Positions 1-13,672 of a stretch of 64,000 nucleotides of DNA are shown here, one piece after another (the stretch's first letter is position 1; the number at the start of each line of letters is the position of its first letter). This stretch comes from Batkoa obscura. Lineage: Eukaryota. Position numbers and translations under genes: made by a program. The notes beneath the pieces are model-generated. The model saw only the letters and a program-made list of their open reading frames with translations, searched no databases and was not told the origin of the DNA. The stretch covers positions 744,001 through 808,000 of the forward strand of contig JASVEC010000003.1 of the NCBI GenBank assembly GCA_030770535.1, given 5' to 3'.

Positions 1-622
1 TATCATTATTTTTGTCTATAAATGACAACAAATCATTGGCATCATAGGGATCCATCTTATCACTGTCACCGATGCTATTGTTTTGAGTAGATGATTGATT
101 TTTTAAAAATTCTTTATCTAATAATTGATCAATGTTTAATAATTTACTTTTGAATGCTATTTTTTTCAATAGTTTTAAGTTTCTTTGATCCTTATTATCT
201 ATAGTAGTAGTACCATCATCACCTATAATTGTATTATCGTCGCTGTCAATTTTCTGTGCGTCGATTTTCTTTTTAGCAACCATTTCTTTTAGCAACCTAA
301 ATAAAAATAAGTAAATATTTATAGATACAATTGAGTTCTATTTACCAACTTATACCATATACATTACCAATTCGAGAGCCAATTTGAATGCCTTCTTTGA
401 ATCCAAGGTCAAATCCTTCTTGATTATATTTGGTTTTGTTATTAATAATACCTTCTCGAATTCCCAACTAAAAATCACTTTTACTAAATAAATTAAAACT
501 ATTATTTAAGTTATACTAATTACATTGTTAAATTTTAATTGTAAATTTTTCGCCTCATTCGAATGAATCCTCTTTTCATATTCAGTTTCATTTACATCGT
601 CTTCCCATATATCTTCATCCAT
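1..622 (-). CDS. YAE1: Yae1-like protein (Yae1_N domain), multi-exon, runs off the window edge
   Basis: Manual translation from ATG 622: MDEDIWEDDVNETEYEKR..., intron, then LGIREGIINNKTKYNQEGFDLGFKEGIQIGSRIGNVYGI, the GxREG...QEGFDxG Gly-repeat motif of Yae1/Lto1. Two GT-AG introns; the last exon stays open to position 1. Confidence 0.65.
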
Positions 623-1990
623 TTTATTTTATAAGAAATAAAAATAACTTTTTCTAAAATTATTACTAATATATTAATTAACCAATTAAAGCTCACTCTA
701 GGAGTAAAATTAATTTAACAGAGTATTAATATTTTTAATCTTCCTAAAATAAAACCAAACATCATTGACCAAAATCGGAATGTACTGATAAAAATAGTAT
801 TCGAAAGTACTACAAGCTTTTATTAAAATCTAAAAATAAAAAAGAGTGATATTTGCAGAAAGAAACTACTTTATACTCATTTTATGATTATTTGTTTATA
901 ATAATTAATAATAATTACATTTAATTAAGCTATTCATTGTAGAATTTAGTGAAAAATGTGTGGAGGGCTGCATGAATAACTAGTTGAATAGCTAGAATCA
1001 GCGATAAAATAGCTTATTACTTTAGCTATTATAGTTAATGAGCCTTAAATTCTATTTTGATTATTTGTCTTTTTGTATTCCTTATAATTTATTTTTAAGA
1101 TAGTCTTTTAGGCTAAAGCATTTAAAGTTTAATAAGCTAGTATCATATTTTTTTAATACCTCTATATTTTATATAAAAAGAGTTATGTTTCCAAAAGTCA
1201 TATCATTGAGATAAAATTGGGTAAGAGTATTTAATAGAGAGAAAAGAAATTTAAAGAGGAGAATTAGTTTTAAAAATAACGGATTATTCATGTTATTGAA
1301 TAGAAGTCATCTACAATAAAGTGAAGATGCTCGTTTGCTTCTTTGCCTATAATTACCCATGGATGGTCTATCTTACATTTAAAGTGTAACTCTTAGCTAA
1401 GATCCTTATCCTTATTTTCATCATAAACGTGCTCTCTTATAATAATCTTATAATACCGTTTTTATAAGTCTGTTTGTCAGTAATAAAAATTAATCCAAAA
1501 TTAAGTCTAGGCTTTTTAAAATATCATCGCCGGATAAATTGCAATTATCAAATCCCATAAAAATCATTTCATCATTGTAAATAGAACCACGTACACCTTT
1601 CACTATCCTTTTTTTTATGTTGTTCGTTTTCATTTTTACAAAGATTACACAAATAGTATTCAAGTCTATATTCCATTTTAGTTAATATTATACAAACGCT
1701 CTCGTTTTTGATTTTATTTTTACTTGGTATTTTTTTGTGTTGAGGATATTATTGGTTGAAAATTCAATAAAGATGAAATTTTTTAACATGATTTATCAGT
1801 TAGCATTGGTAATAAAAAAGTTAAATTATTTTATCGTGAGGCACTAACAGTATTTAAAAAGCATGTGGTAATGATCTATAGTTATTATAATCAAGAGAGT
1901 GATAAAAAAGAGACAAAGTATAAAAAGGAATAGTTATAAATGAAAAAGTTGTTTGTTTATTAAAAACAGAAAATAGAATTAATAGATAGG

Positions 1991-3090
1991 ATGAAGTTGA
2001 TAAATAAACTATTCTACATTTTATGTTTCATTATCTTTTTTTGTTGTTGCTTTTTAGTAAGGTGTTTACCAACTATCTATTATCATTTATTAACAATTTA
2101 TAGTACTATAATTCTACTTTGAATGTTTTAAAAAACGAATTGGAGGTAACTATTAAAAGTCTCACTACAATGTATATTAAATTATTAACATTATTAATTA
2201 GTATGAAATAAACCCGAATAATCTTAATGAATTAAATTATATCGATATATTTCAATTGAAGATTCAACAAATAATAGATGAAGTTAATTTAATTGATACT
2301 GATGTAACAACTAAAAATACTGACTTAATGGAAAACTTGAAACTACTGTTTCAAAGTATAAGTATAATTACAGTATCAGAAATAGGAGACAAGACATTTA
2401 TTATAATCATTTTGTTAAGTATCCAACATAACTCTATACTTGTATTTTCTGCCAGCTTTTTAGCATTATTTTTGATGAGTTTACTATCTAGTTTTTTAAG
2501 TAACATCTTCCAATTTATTATTGATATTAACTATATACATTTAATTGCTACTATTTTATTTTTGATCTTTTCAATCCAGTTGTTTTATGAATATTACAAA
2601 TTTCAAGAAAACGAACATCAGCTTGAAATTAGCAAAATTAAAATGGAAATGAAACAAAATAATGAGTTAGCTTGTAATAACAACAATGATAGTCAATTCT
2701 ACAACTCATTATCTATCTTTTTAAATACATTTTTATTAATATTTATTGCTGAATGGGGCGATCGCTCTCAGTTTACAACCATAACCTTGGCTGCTGTTGG
2801 AGTAAGTTTGAGTTTCATTAATTTTGACTATTATATTAAGCTTAGAAATTATAGAATTTTTACTGGGTAACTTTTGGTGTTATTTTGGGTCATTTTATTA
2901 CCACTTTGTTAGCCATTGTTGGTGGGAATTATTTAGCTACTAAAATATCAGTTAGAAAAAGTAAGCTCTTTATTTAGTTTTAAGTTATGTTTGTTTACTT
3001 ACATTATTAGTTACTTTTCTATCTGGTATCCTTTTTTTAGTTTTTGGTGTTATTTACTTGGTGGAAACTGTCCAATACTTTATTAAATAA
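1991..3090 (+). CDS. GDT1: GDT1/TMEM165 (UPF0016) Ca2+/Mn2+ transporter, multi-exon
   Basis: Both family motifs (SEIGDKTF and AEWGDRSQ) are in ORF 2256-2870. Downstream exons encode GVILGH...GG..LATKISVRK/ITFLSGILFLVFG and end at TAA 3088-3090. The start at 1991 (signal-peptide-like) is tentative. Confidence 0.85.
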
Positions 3091-3319
3091 ATTATATAAT
3101 CTATTGAACTTTTGTGTGTTTTTTTAGTATAATTTTAACAAAAAAATTATAATAATTTTAAAATACAATGATTACAAGATCAGACTGAAATCATTAATAT
3201 ATTTTATATTTAATTATGATCCTTTATTGTAGTTATGATTTAGAAAAAAAGTTATTTTACAACTCAATGATAAAATTTATTTTATTTTATTTTATTTTAC
3301 ATTTATTTATCGCTTGATA

Positions 3320-3515
3320 TGGGGATGTATTTTTTTAAGAATTTTACTAACAGTCTTTCCGTTTAAATAGCGCTTAAAAAATGAAAAAGTGATGAAACTA
3401 AAAAAATATCACTATATGGGGGCGTTTTTTTGGTTTCATCACTTTTCCGTTTTTTAAGCGCTATTTAAGTGGAAAAACTGCTAGTAAAATTCTTAAACAA
3501 AAAAATACATCCCCA
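3320..3515. mobile_element. Two MITE copies in inverted orientation sharing a central TA (palindromic dimer)
   Basis: 3320-3414 and 3417-3515 are imperfect reverse complements. Outer ends read TA|TGGGGATGTA...TACATCCCCA|TA. Confidence 0.75.
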
Positions 3516-4509
3516 TATATAGTTTGGTTATTAAATTTTTGGGTTTTTTTAAATTTGTCTACTTTTACAAGGTAGTTTCAAATAATTATTTAAAAAAATT
3601 ATACATAAAAAATATAGTGAACACCTTATCTTTGAACTATTTTTATTATTGCTGAAGCAATATCTTTTAAAAGCGATTATATGTAAGAGTAGCCTCGTGC
3701 TTTATCAACAGAGTAAGATAAATTCGATTTATAATTGTTTTATTTGAGTATTTTTAGAACCTTAAGCAAAAAAGTCAAACGTGACCTTCTGGAACCTCGT
3801 TCTCTCCTCCTTAAACCACCTAGCTTTAATTTTATAGTAAATGAGGCTTAGTACTGACAAAAAACGTAGGTTTTGCAAGATTTCTTTCTTTTCCTCGAAT
3901 TCTTTTCAATCGAGACTGGTCTTTGGTCCATTCACTCATTCTACATGAAATTATCCTTTTAAAATATTTCTGCACCAGTAGCGGCCATATCCTCTTTGTT
4001 CCATTTTTGAAGGAAATTATATGTAGAAGAACCTCTAGTTACCATAATCAACTTTTCATGCTCCGAAGAAAGACCCCTGACTTTTGACCACCTAGTTTCA
4101 ATCTAACCTTATTCACCTCTTTCCGTTATTTATTCTACCTTTTCTACTTTTCGTCTACCTTTATTTTTTTACCTCCATAAATAAAACATTAAAATCTAAA
4201 AAACAGTTGAGATTAAATAATCATTTAAATACATCAGGTTTTTAAAATAGTATACGAATATGAAAGAAGCAATATGTATACTAAACAAATTAATTAATTA
4301 AATCATAAACTCTCTTAGATCTTTAAATAAAATGATTCATTTATTTTTTGATAGTCAAAACCACAAATGCAACTGAAATCCATTAAATTACACTTAATTT
4401 TAGTTACCAATCTTCATCCGACTACCCTACTTAAAATAAATTTAGTTTATTTAAACGCATAATTAGAGGTAAATACAATTCTTATAAAGCTTTTAGCTAT
4501 ATAATTTAA

Positions 4510-5817
4510 TCATTGAACATCGTTAATAAGAGGAAGTGAATTTCTGCGGCGACGAGTCCCATTAGGTAGCGGCGTCTCTGCTGGTTTTAGTAATTCAAAA
4601 CTACAAAGTAAATCTTCATTCACTGACATGACTGCCCCATAATTGTCAAACTCCCCACAATAATTAGGTGCTGAAAATACAGTCACCAAAGTTCTACCAT
4701 TAAAAAATTCATACCCATCTTCTACTACCATATGCGCTCTGCATACAAGATCAAATTCGTGTTTGTTAAGAAACTCATTTACTATACTCTTCCCGAAACA
4801 ATAACTAACTCCCCTTTCATTATCTTCCCATTCTAGTGTTGATTCGCTAGGATCACTCCATAATAAATCGTTCAATAGTCCATAATCTGGTACATCACTT
4901 GGTCTTTCTATTTTACGAATATCATCCATACTATTAAGACTTGGAGAAAGGCCGCCATGGACACAAAATATTTTATTAGCAACTAAACCAGCTACTGGTA
5001 AGCAATTGAATACAGAAACAAATGATTTCCATATTTTAACTGTTGAACGTCTTTTACATTCATCATAAAATCCATATACTTTAAAAAATTAATTGTTGAA
5101 ATTTTTAAATGAAAATATAATACCTCTTGTTACATTAGCACATTCATGGTTTCCTCGTAATAAGAAAAAATTCTCTGGGTATTTAATTTTATAGCATAAT
5201 AACAGCAATATAGTTTCAAGACTTTGTCTTCCACGATCTACATAATCCCCTAAAAATAAAAAATTGGAAGATGGTGGATATCCACACATATCAAATAGTC
5301 TTAAAAGATCCGTATATTGTCCATGAACATCACCTACTATTTTAACCGGTGCTGATAACTCTATAAGCGATGATTGTGATAAGAATATTTCTCTTGATAA
5401 CTGACAAATAGCTAATATTTCCGCATTTTTTAAAACTATTACTCTTGGTACTTTGCCTGATTGTCCAACCTCTAAAAGTCGTGCTATACAATCATCTATG
5501 TCCAAATCCTTGTGAACTGTTTCATTATTTATTGAATCGTTGGAAGTAGAAAACACTGCAGAAGCTCCACTTAACGAGTTAACGCTTCCACGTCTTTCTT
5601 CTAAATCTGCTGTTCCAGGGGATTTAACTAATATAGATTCTACTGTAGGTTCTATAGCAATAGGCGAAGCATGGGCATTAAAAAGCTCATCAGTATCATC
5701 GTCGTGTATTTCAAAAGGGGAAAAAGAAGAGGGTGAGCGAGCAATTACAGCAGTTTCGTCCATAGGTTCCCCATTTTTAGTAAGTTTTACCGTTTTCTTT
5801 GAAGTTGAGTTGCCCAT
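4510..5817 (-). CDS. PPZ1: PPZ-type (PP1-related) Ser/Thr protein phosphatase
   Basis: Motifs [18 protein letters not shown] and [13 protein letters not shown]-terminal MGNSTSK myristoylation signal and a disordered N-terminal extension typical of Ppz. Intron 5079-5123 joins the two ORFs; a probable 5'UTR intron lies at 5833-5922. Confidence 0.85.
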
Positions 5818-7381
5818 TAATTGAAAATTAATCTACAAAAATAAAATTAGTTTATGGTTTATAATTGAAGAAATCAAAAGGGAATGAGAGTATATTTTTA
5901 AATGGTCAAAACAAATTCTTACCTAAAAATTAGTTAAAGATAAAATAAAAGGTTGATAGGATTTATTAATAAATATTAATAAAGATAAAATAAAAATAAA
6001 GTTAGATGAATATACACTAAAGGGTTACAAAAAGTATTAAAGCTCTAATATTTAAATTAATTTAAATTAGTAATATAGCAGAAAAATAAGTAGTCGTTGG
6101 TTTAATTAAACTGTTAGCATTGATACTTATTTTTTTATTTCTACTGGTTAATCAATTGCGAGCGCATGATTTGATCTTTCTGGATATTCTTTCTAGTTTT
6201 ATTGGTGGTTTCATAATCAAATGAGTTGCCTTTTTTTCATCCTTCTATATTCTAATTGGTTTAGCATTCAATCTGGTTTAAATGGCAACTTTGATTTGTG
6301 GAGGCGATATATTTTTCTAATATCAAAATTCCGAGTTTCTAGCTTCAAATAACCACTTTTATAAGTGTACTTATTATAGTAGGATAGAGAATTATTATTA
6401 ATAAAAAGAATGAACATTTTCATGGTTTTATAACTTAGTTTTTAAGTGAACTATAATTTTGTTACTGATTTAAAAGGTTTTGTTAAACTTTGAACTCTTA
6501 AAAAAGGTGAAACTAAAATATATTTTGTCACTAATTCAGGGGGTTAAAAGCCACCTGATAGCATGAATTTTAATTTTGCTTCAAAATTTTGTAACAGTGT
6601 TAGTAAATGGAGAAATCGCAATTTATAATGCTATTGTTTTGAGCATTGGAGTTATAATCTTGTTATCAAAGTGACCTGCATCCGTTCTAGCATTTCTACT
6701 ACCAACAGTTGTATTATTGGCTCACCCATTGAAATTAAGTTTTCTGTTAAAACAAAGTGCCTCTTAACAAAAGGTGCGTTTTAATTTTTAATAGAATTAA
6801 GAGTTTCAAGCAAATTCAGTTATTCGTTAAAAAATGCTACAACTGACTTAACCTTAAATAAAAAGGAGGATTTTAACATTGTATCCTTAACTCGTCTGTT
6901 TAGTATAAATAATCGTATGTTCCATTTATCTTAATGTTTGTATTTTAACATAAATTTATATAAGCAATAATTTGAGAAACAAAAAAACATAAAAATTTTT
7001 AAGCTTAAATTTTAAAAAGTAGATTAGAAACAGAATTCTTGAATGATCCAATTGTTAAAAGCTGAGTTTAAGATTGTCTGAAGTTCTGTAAAATTTCCCG
7101 ATTTTTTATTATCAATTTCCTATTTACACCTGTCACAATATTTTAAAGCCAAAAATTCACTTATCCATCAATTTTTGATATTGTTTTTTTATATAGTAAT
7201 GTTCATTGCATGACTTAAGAATCTATTTAAGCTATAATTTAATGCAACTATTGAATTAAGCAACTATTGAATTAAACAACTATTTCAAAAAACTATAAAT
7301 AGCACTTTTGCCTTGAAATGGAAGAATAAATATTAAATCATTAAAGATGAATATACTTTAAAAATACATTAAAGATTAAAA

Positions 7382-8507
7382 CTAATTAATTATATTAGGG
7401 AAACAACAAACAAATAAAAAACTATACCAACTACTTCTATTGACCTTAGTTGGCTTCTTACTAACATCATCATTCTCAGAATAGCTATTTAAAAGATATA
7501 CTTCTTCATTATCCCACTCTTCTGTAAACTGGGATGAAACACTTGATGAATCAGACTCTTTAAGTATAGTATTCATACTATAACTACAACTTTCATTTGA
7601 ATTTTCGTTATTATCGAACTGGGTGTTATCATTAAGCTTATCATCAATTTCATAATCAATAGATTCAACAATATTTATTTTGCTTAATGAATCGGTATCG
7701 GAAGCAGGTGGTAAGCTTTGAGTATTATAAGGACGGGTTAAAATGATATCGGATTCACCAAGGTTAGAGTTAATGGAGCTTTCAGTTTTTATACTATTAA
7801 AGTCATCAATGGAAGAGTTGTGATCTTCATTTAAATGTCCTAACATATATCTTCTATATTTTTCCATATAAGTATTATTTTCATAAGAGGTATTATTTTG
7901 ATTACTTTGGCTGTCTTCTTCATCAAAATTTTCTTCCAATGTAGCATAGTATCCTCCATTTCCTGAATTATTGTCATTATTAAACTCAGAGTCAGACTCA
8001 TTTGAATTGGAATCTGAATAATTTTCTTTTCTTAGTTTCGATTCTTCTTCTTCTTCTTCACTTTCTTCCTCCGAAGAACTTGAACTGCTATTACATTGAT
8101 TGGTGTATTTGTCCAATTTTTCTTTAAGGTCTGATTCTCCGCCCAAAAGAGAACGATGAGGTAATTCTGATTCCCATTCAACTTGCTTTAAGTCTTCAGG
8201 CAAGTATTCATCAACTAAAAAAGAAATGAATAAATCAAATTGTAAAATAATATTATCTTACCATTAATATCAGATAAAAAATCGTCTGTTTTACGTTCCT
8301 TTATTTCCGTTGGCACCTTCTCTTTAGCTTTTTTTAATAAGCTTTCTTTTGTAATCGTTAATACTAAAATACAATGAGATTTATTCAAATCAAACCTAAT
8401 TTTTTTATATGCTTTTCAGAATCATGTTGCTCTTTAGAGTATACATTATCATCTATGTTGCTATTATTATTATTGTTTAGTTCATCGTTATTGTTATTAT
8501 TCATCAT
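7382..8507 (-). CDS. Uncharacterised acidic/Ser/Asn-rich protein with a C-terminal Cys-Cys (possible palmitoylation) tail
   Basis: ORF 7382-8203 extends upstream in frame through introns 8216-8261 and 8364-8395 to ATG 8507. It ends SSWYSFLFVCCFPNIIN. Confidence 0.55.
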
Positions 8508-9297
8508 ATTTATTCATACACTTATAAAAAAACTAACTAAAATCTGAAGTACCCTTCTCCTTTATCTTCTCCCTCCTTCCTTTTAATTGGCTATATTTAA
8601 TATTATTTTAATTGTTCTAGGATTAAAATTAATCTTAATTTCTTAAGTGGCTATTTTAATAGTAAACATCAATAATAAAAATTGATAAAGTTTAGAAAAG
8701 AAAAAAATCGGGTAACTATAATGAATATAAATAATTCTGATTTAATACATAGCTGGTTTTATCAAACTACTTTGTAGATTTATTGTTTGATAGTGTGTAA
8801 CCATATAGCTAAGATAAAAATAGAAACTTAAATGAATGTATATTTCATATATGATATCTATAGTTATAACGCTCAATTATGTAATAGTAACTAATAACTC
8901 TCATTACTTTTTTTAGATTAGAACTTGGCAAAACTTATGCTACGAAGTTAACGCCTAATAGAATAATCCTCATAAAGAATTTAAATTCAAGACCACTAAT
9001 TTATTAATTCGAATATAAAAATAATTTTCTTATAATAGCTTTAAAAAATATGTAATACTGTTAGTTTTAGGATATGCTAAAGACTTATAATTATTTATCA
9101 ATAATTTACTTTATATTAGTGGTAAGCTTAAAACCTTTTAATAATTTCAGTTTAATCATTACTAACCTATACACCTCAATCAAATGATGAATTCAATTAG
9201 ATGAATTAAAAAGCTGTCACCAGCTTAAATTTGAAATGTTGGCTTAAATAAATAAAAAAGGTTAATTTACAAATCTAGTAGTGAAAAAATCCATATA

Positions 9298-9398
9298 TGG
9301 GGATGTATTTTTTTGTTTAACAATTTTACTAACAATTTTTCCGCTCAAATAGTGATTAAAAGATGGAAAAAGTGATGAAACCAAAAAAAACATCCTCA
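9298..9398 (+). mobile_element. ~101-bp MITE, TA-flanked
   Basis: TA|TGGGGATGTA...AAAACATCCTCA|TA; the interior matches the copies at 3320, 14731 and 23174. Confidence 0.75.
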
Positions 9399-10623
9399 TA
9401 TTAACTTTATAATATAATAAAAATAAACAAATGAATAGTAAAAACTATTAAAAAAAGGGAAGTGTTATAGCATAAATATAAATTTACAGAGATACAATAA
9501 TGTCTTATTTTGTTTTAAAAACTGGCCAAATTTAGAAGAGCAATAAAATTGTAGTAAGTGTTCTAAAAACTTAGAATATTCGAAGAATATTTAAAATCTA
9601 TTATATATGATTTTTATGCATCAAAAAGCCTACTCTTTAGCTTTATTTTATATTAAAAAATTTCTATTAATTAGTAACCTTCATATTGTTTTTTAAACTT
9701 TATACGAGGTTACTCAGTCTTTCAATTTAGCTGACTGAGTTCCGCATAGGCTTGAGATGAACATTATCATTACTTTTAAATTGTAGTTAAGGCTCTTCTG
9801 AGTTTGCTGAATTTTTTATAAATGTTGTGTTTTGTATTTTGATATCAAGTTCTAATTGTAGACGTAATATGTAGATATGTTGATTTATATTTTTAAGGAT
9901 GGCAATAGTTTTTTCACATATAAATGAACTTAAAAATAAGTAATATTAATATACGCAGAATGTTCTTTTTATTACCAACCTAATATTTTAAAATTTTATA
10001 ACAGTTCATTATAATTAAGTACAGATTTACAGTTTAAAATACGTTTTAAACAATAGCTAAAAACTCATTAAAAATAAAGATGAACTCAAAGCTTACTTAC
10101 AGCTGTTGGAACTCTTTTTGTGGCCTGATAAACTACTCATTTAAAAATAAAAATAAAATTCAAATCGAATAACTAAAGGATTAGGCTTGAAAATTATTTA
10201 TATTAATAATTTGCTCCTAAAAATCACCGCTAGAAAAGTCGCAAAAGAACTACAATAGATGCAATTGCTAAACATCATGATGATACACTATGAAGTTCAA
10301 TCATGAAAAAAATCCCCTCAAAAACCAGGTTTAGCTAATAAAAAACCGAATTTTAACAGCAAACAGTAATATAATACTAGTAAACAGCAGGAGAAAATGA
10401 AATAAGGCGTAATTAAATAATAATCAAGCTTAAAAAAATAAAAAACCCCAAATTTAAGTCTAACTGAAAAGGGAAAGTGAATGATTGATTGGATTAATCG
10501 AGGGTAAGTTAACAACAAAGAAAATAAAATAAGAAGGAGAATAATAATAAAATTAAATAAAAAAGTTGATTATTTTTTTATTTTTTTAAATCATCCTCTT
10601 ACTAGCTCATAGATCATCATAAT

Positions 10624-11933
10624 ATGAACATAAATAATAGTAACAATGAAGATAATCAAAGTAATAAGCATATTTGTTCAAGTTCTACTTCAATGATACT
10701 AACTATACTTATTTTCAGTGATTTTACCTTCACCTAGAGTATTAGAATTACAAGGAAGGAGTTCCGGAACACGATTAAGTGGATTTTGGAGTTTAAATGT
10801 AGGCTAATAAAATCTATATATGATAAAATAATAACATTATTAGTCAAATAATAGATCATCGGCACATTCAGCCATGTTAGAAGCCGCCTTAGAAGCAATT
10901 CATCCAACTACGAATGGTATATCAACATTACCATTGTCATTTCATCCAAATGCCAACTTGTATAAAGATAATTTCAAATCGATTAAAGAGTTAGTATTGC
11001 AGCCTGTTTCACAAGGTGAAAAAATGCAATGTCGTATAGTGCGTCGTAGAGAGCCTGGATTAGGGATTATCTACGAGTTATATAAAGAAGAATCCCATCT
11101 CACATCTACATTTTTGTTATGGGCTTATCGTAAAAGAAGGAGTAAGGGGGCTTATTATGTCATTGGGGCTAAACCTTATGATATGGATAACTTTATTGTG
11201 GCTAAAGTGAAGTAAAATTATTACTATTGGTTAATAACATTGATAGCTAATCCTTCATAACTTAGATCAAACTTTTTAGGCACAGCATTTACGATTTATG
11301 ATAATGGAATCAGCCCTAATAAATTTAAAAAAAATAACCGAATTTTACCGAATTTTAAAGATCTAGAAAAACAACCAGAGATGAAATTAAGACAAGAATT
11401 AGGAGCCGTATTTTATGTAATAGAATCTTATGAATATTTTGGTTATTACCTAAACAACTTTATTATTTTAGGAACCTAATATTTTGGGTTTTAAAGGTCC
11501 TAGAAAAATGACTGTGCTATTAATGGGTATGACCCCTGATGGTAAAAGACCAGAGTTTAGACCAAGTAACGTAAGTGGGATAAAAGACAATTAGAGAATT
11601 GAAATGCTAACTAATATTTCATATTAGGATTCAGAAGGTTTGATAGAAAGTTATAAACAAAAAAACAGCGAAAAACTATTAATTTTGAAAAACAAAGCAC
11701 CACAGTGGAATGAAGAAACTCAATCTTATGTGTTGAATTTTAATGGTAGAGTCACTTTAGCTTCGGTTAAGAATTTCCAAATTGTTCATGACTTTGATTT
11801 GGATTATATTGTAATGCAGTTTGGTCGTATCTCAATGGATACTTTTACTATGGATTTTCAATACCCTCTATGTCCCCTCCAAGCTTTCTCAATTGCTTTA
11901 TCTTCTTTCGATGCTAAATTGGCTTGTGAGTAA
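10624..11933 (+). CDS. Tubby-like protein (Tub domain), multi-exon
   Basis: QCRIVR...[35 protein letters not shown] and [32 protein letters not shown]...QFGR...[15 protein letters not shown]...DAKLACE are diagnostic Tub-domain segments. The start codon is tentative. Confidence 0.9.
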
Positions 11934-13232
11934 TCTTTGCATACGTTAGATAAGATCTTTTTTAAATTTCTTTCTTATCAAATTCTCAATGGCATTTTTA
12001 TCTTCTTTCACTATTATATAGCCCTTCATAGTACTTTTTGTACTTCCTCTTCTTATATTTATCTTACTTAATAAAATTACATTTAAATTAATAATGTTGG
12101 CATTTTTTATTTTAATATGAATAGACTAGTTCAAAGATTTAATAAAAAATAATTTATTAAAATAGAGTAGCAAGAAATAGCTTTATCAAAATAAAACTCT
12201 TTTAAAATATACTAAATATAGAAATAATTTACTTCATTGCTAGTTTCTAAAACTATTAAATTTTTTATTTATTGATGAGTATTTAAACCCCTGAAATTAT
12301 TTTAAATATTAGAAACCTTGACCAATATAAAAATTTAATATACTATCTGCAATTGTATTAAATGGCAATACACATTTTATTATTGTTATTAATTTATTGA
12401 CGCCTAAAGCGTTTTTTAAGGTAGTATAAGCTTTTAAGTTTTAGTATACATTCGGCTAATAAATATCCCAGTATAAAAGTGACAATCTTTATTTGCCTTA
12501 TTTGATAAGTAAATATATTGTCAATAAATAATTCATGGTAGCTTTGATCTAAAATACTTTCATTAATATAAGTTGTTTTTAAAATAAGAGCTAACCATTT
12601 AAATTCTGCAGTATCTAGATAAACTGGGATCTTTATACGAAAAGTGATAAATAACTATTGCTTATTTTTTGTAATAAGAAATTAAGTATTAAATTTTATA
12701 TGATATATATTAGTTCAAATTAATAGTAATGGTTCTAAGCTTTAATCGTAGAATTTCAATTGATAAAATTATAATCCTATTTAATTCAAGATGATTGAAT
12801 TTTCGTTTAACTAGTGTAGTGATGACTAATAGTATTAAGGTAGCTTTAGACCGGCGATTAATCAACAATAAAAAAACAATAAAAACTTTTGTTGAACTTT
12901 TATTTAAATAGTTAATGTTTTATAAAAGCAAAAACAATGGTAGCAAATATTATTATATAACGTTATGATACTCAACATATTGCAAAGCTTGAAAGCTAAG
13001 CCCCCTTAATTTTATAAAATATCTAGATCACGTTCACTAAGTTGAAACATTAAAGATCATTTAAAAAGGAGCATAAATTAAAAGAAATGTAAACAAAATT
13101 CAACTAGTATAACAATGAAACTATTTTATTACAAATGAAAAGGATACAAACTATTATTTTTGCTAACAATAATTCTTAAAGCTAGAAGATTAGCTTAGTG
13201 TTATATAGATACACAGTACAGCTTACCACCTA

Positions 13233-13499
13233 CTAAAAGATATAGATAACATCATGAATAACGCCATGCTCCTCTATAAACTTGGAATCTATATTTTCCA
13301 CGTCATTAAAGCAAGATTCAAGCCAAATTTCTTCAATTTGAGAGGTTGGAAGTTCCAGATGGTTAACCATTAGAGAATTTTCATACTGATCAATCTTTGT
13401 AAAGATTGTTCGCATCATTAATTGTTTATATAAACCAGTATCCAGTTTAGTTTGATTTAGCTTTTCTAAGCTTAAACAACGTATTTTTTCAAGGTCCAT
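13233..13499 (-). CDS. Small SERTA-domain-like protein (~88 aa)
   Basis: From ATG 13499: MDLEKIRCLSLEKLNQTKLDTGLYKQLMMRTIFTKID, resembling the SERTA pattern (LSLxKL...L.+.LL...), plus an acidic amphipathic C-terminus. The ORF track's GTG start directly follows a splice acceptor (TAG|GTG). Confidence 0.5.
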   Translation of the reverse strand: MDLEKIRCLSLEKLNQTKLDTGLYKQLMMRTIFTKIDQYENSLMVNHLELPTSQIEEIWLESCFNDVENIDSKFIEEHGVIHDVIYIF

Positions 13500-13672
13500 C
13501 ACCTTAACTTGTGGTAGTATTACAGTTTCAAATAGAGTAGGCACCTAACGGTATAAAACAATACAAGGATTTGTGTTAGTTTTGTTTATATAGATTCATT
13601 AATCAAAGTAAAAACCAACTTTGCTTTGTTAAAATAAAAAGTACAAAAGTAATTTAAGAGAAAACGTGCCCT

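Noticed and set aside
5540..5824. Antisense ORF over PPZ1, and similar short ORFs at 10318, 24660, 39133, 41083, 41544, 42750, 47911, 55431, 58800 and 59013
   Set aside because: No domain signal; they overlap well-supported genes or are expected by chance, and many use non-ATG starts unsuited to a eukaryote.
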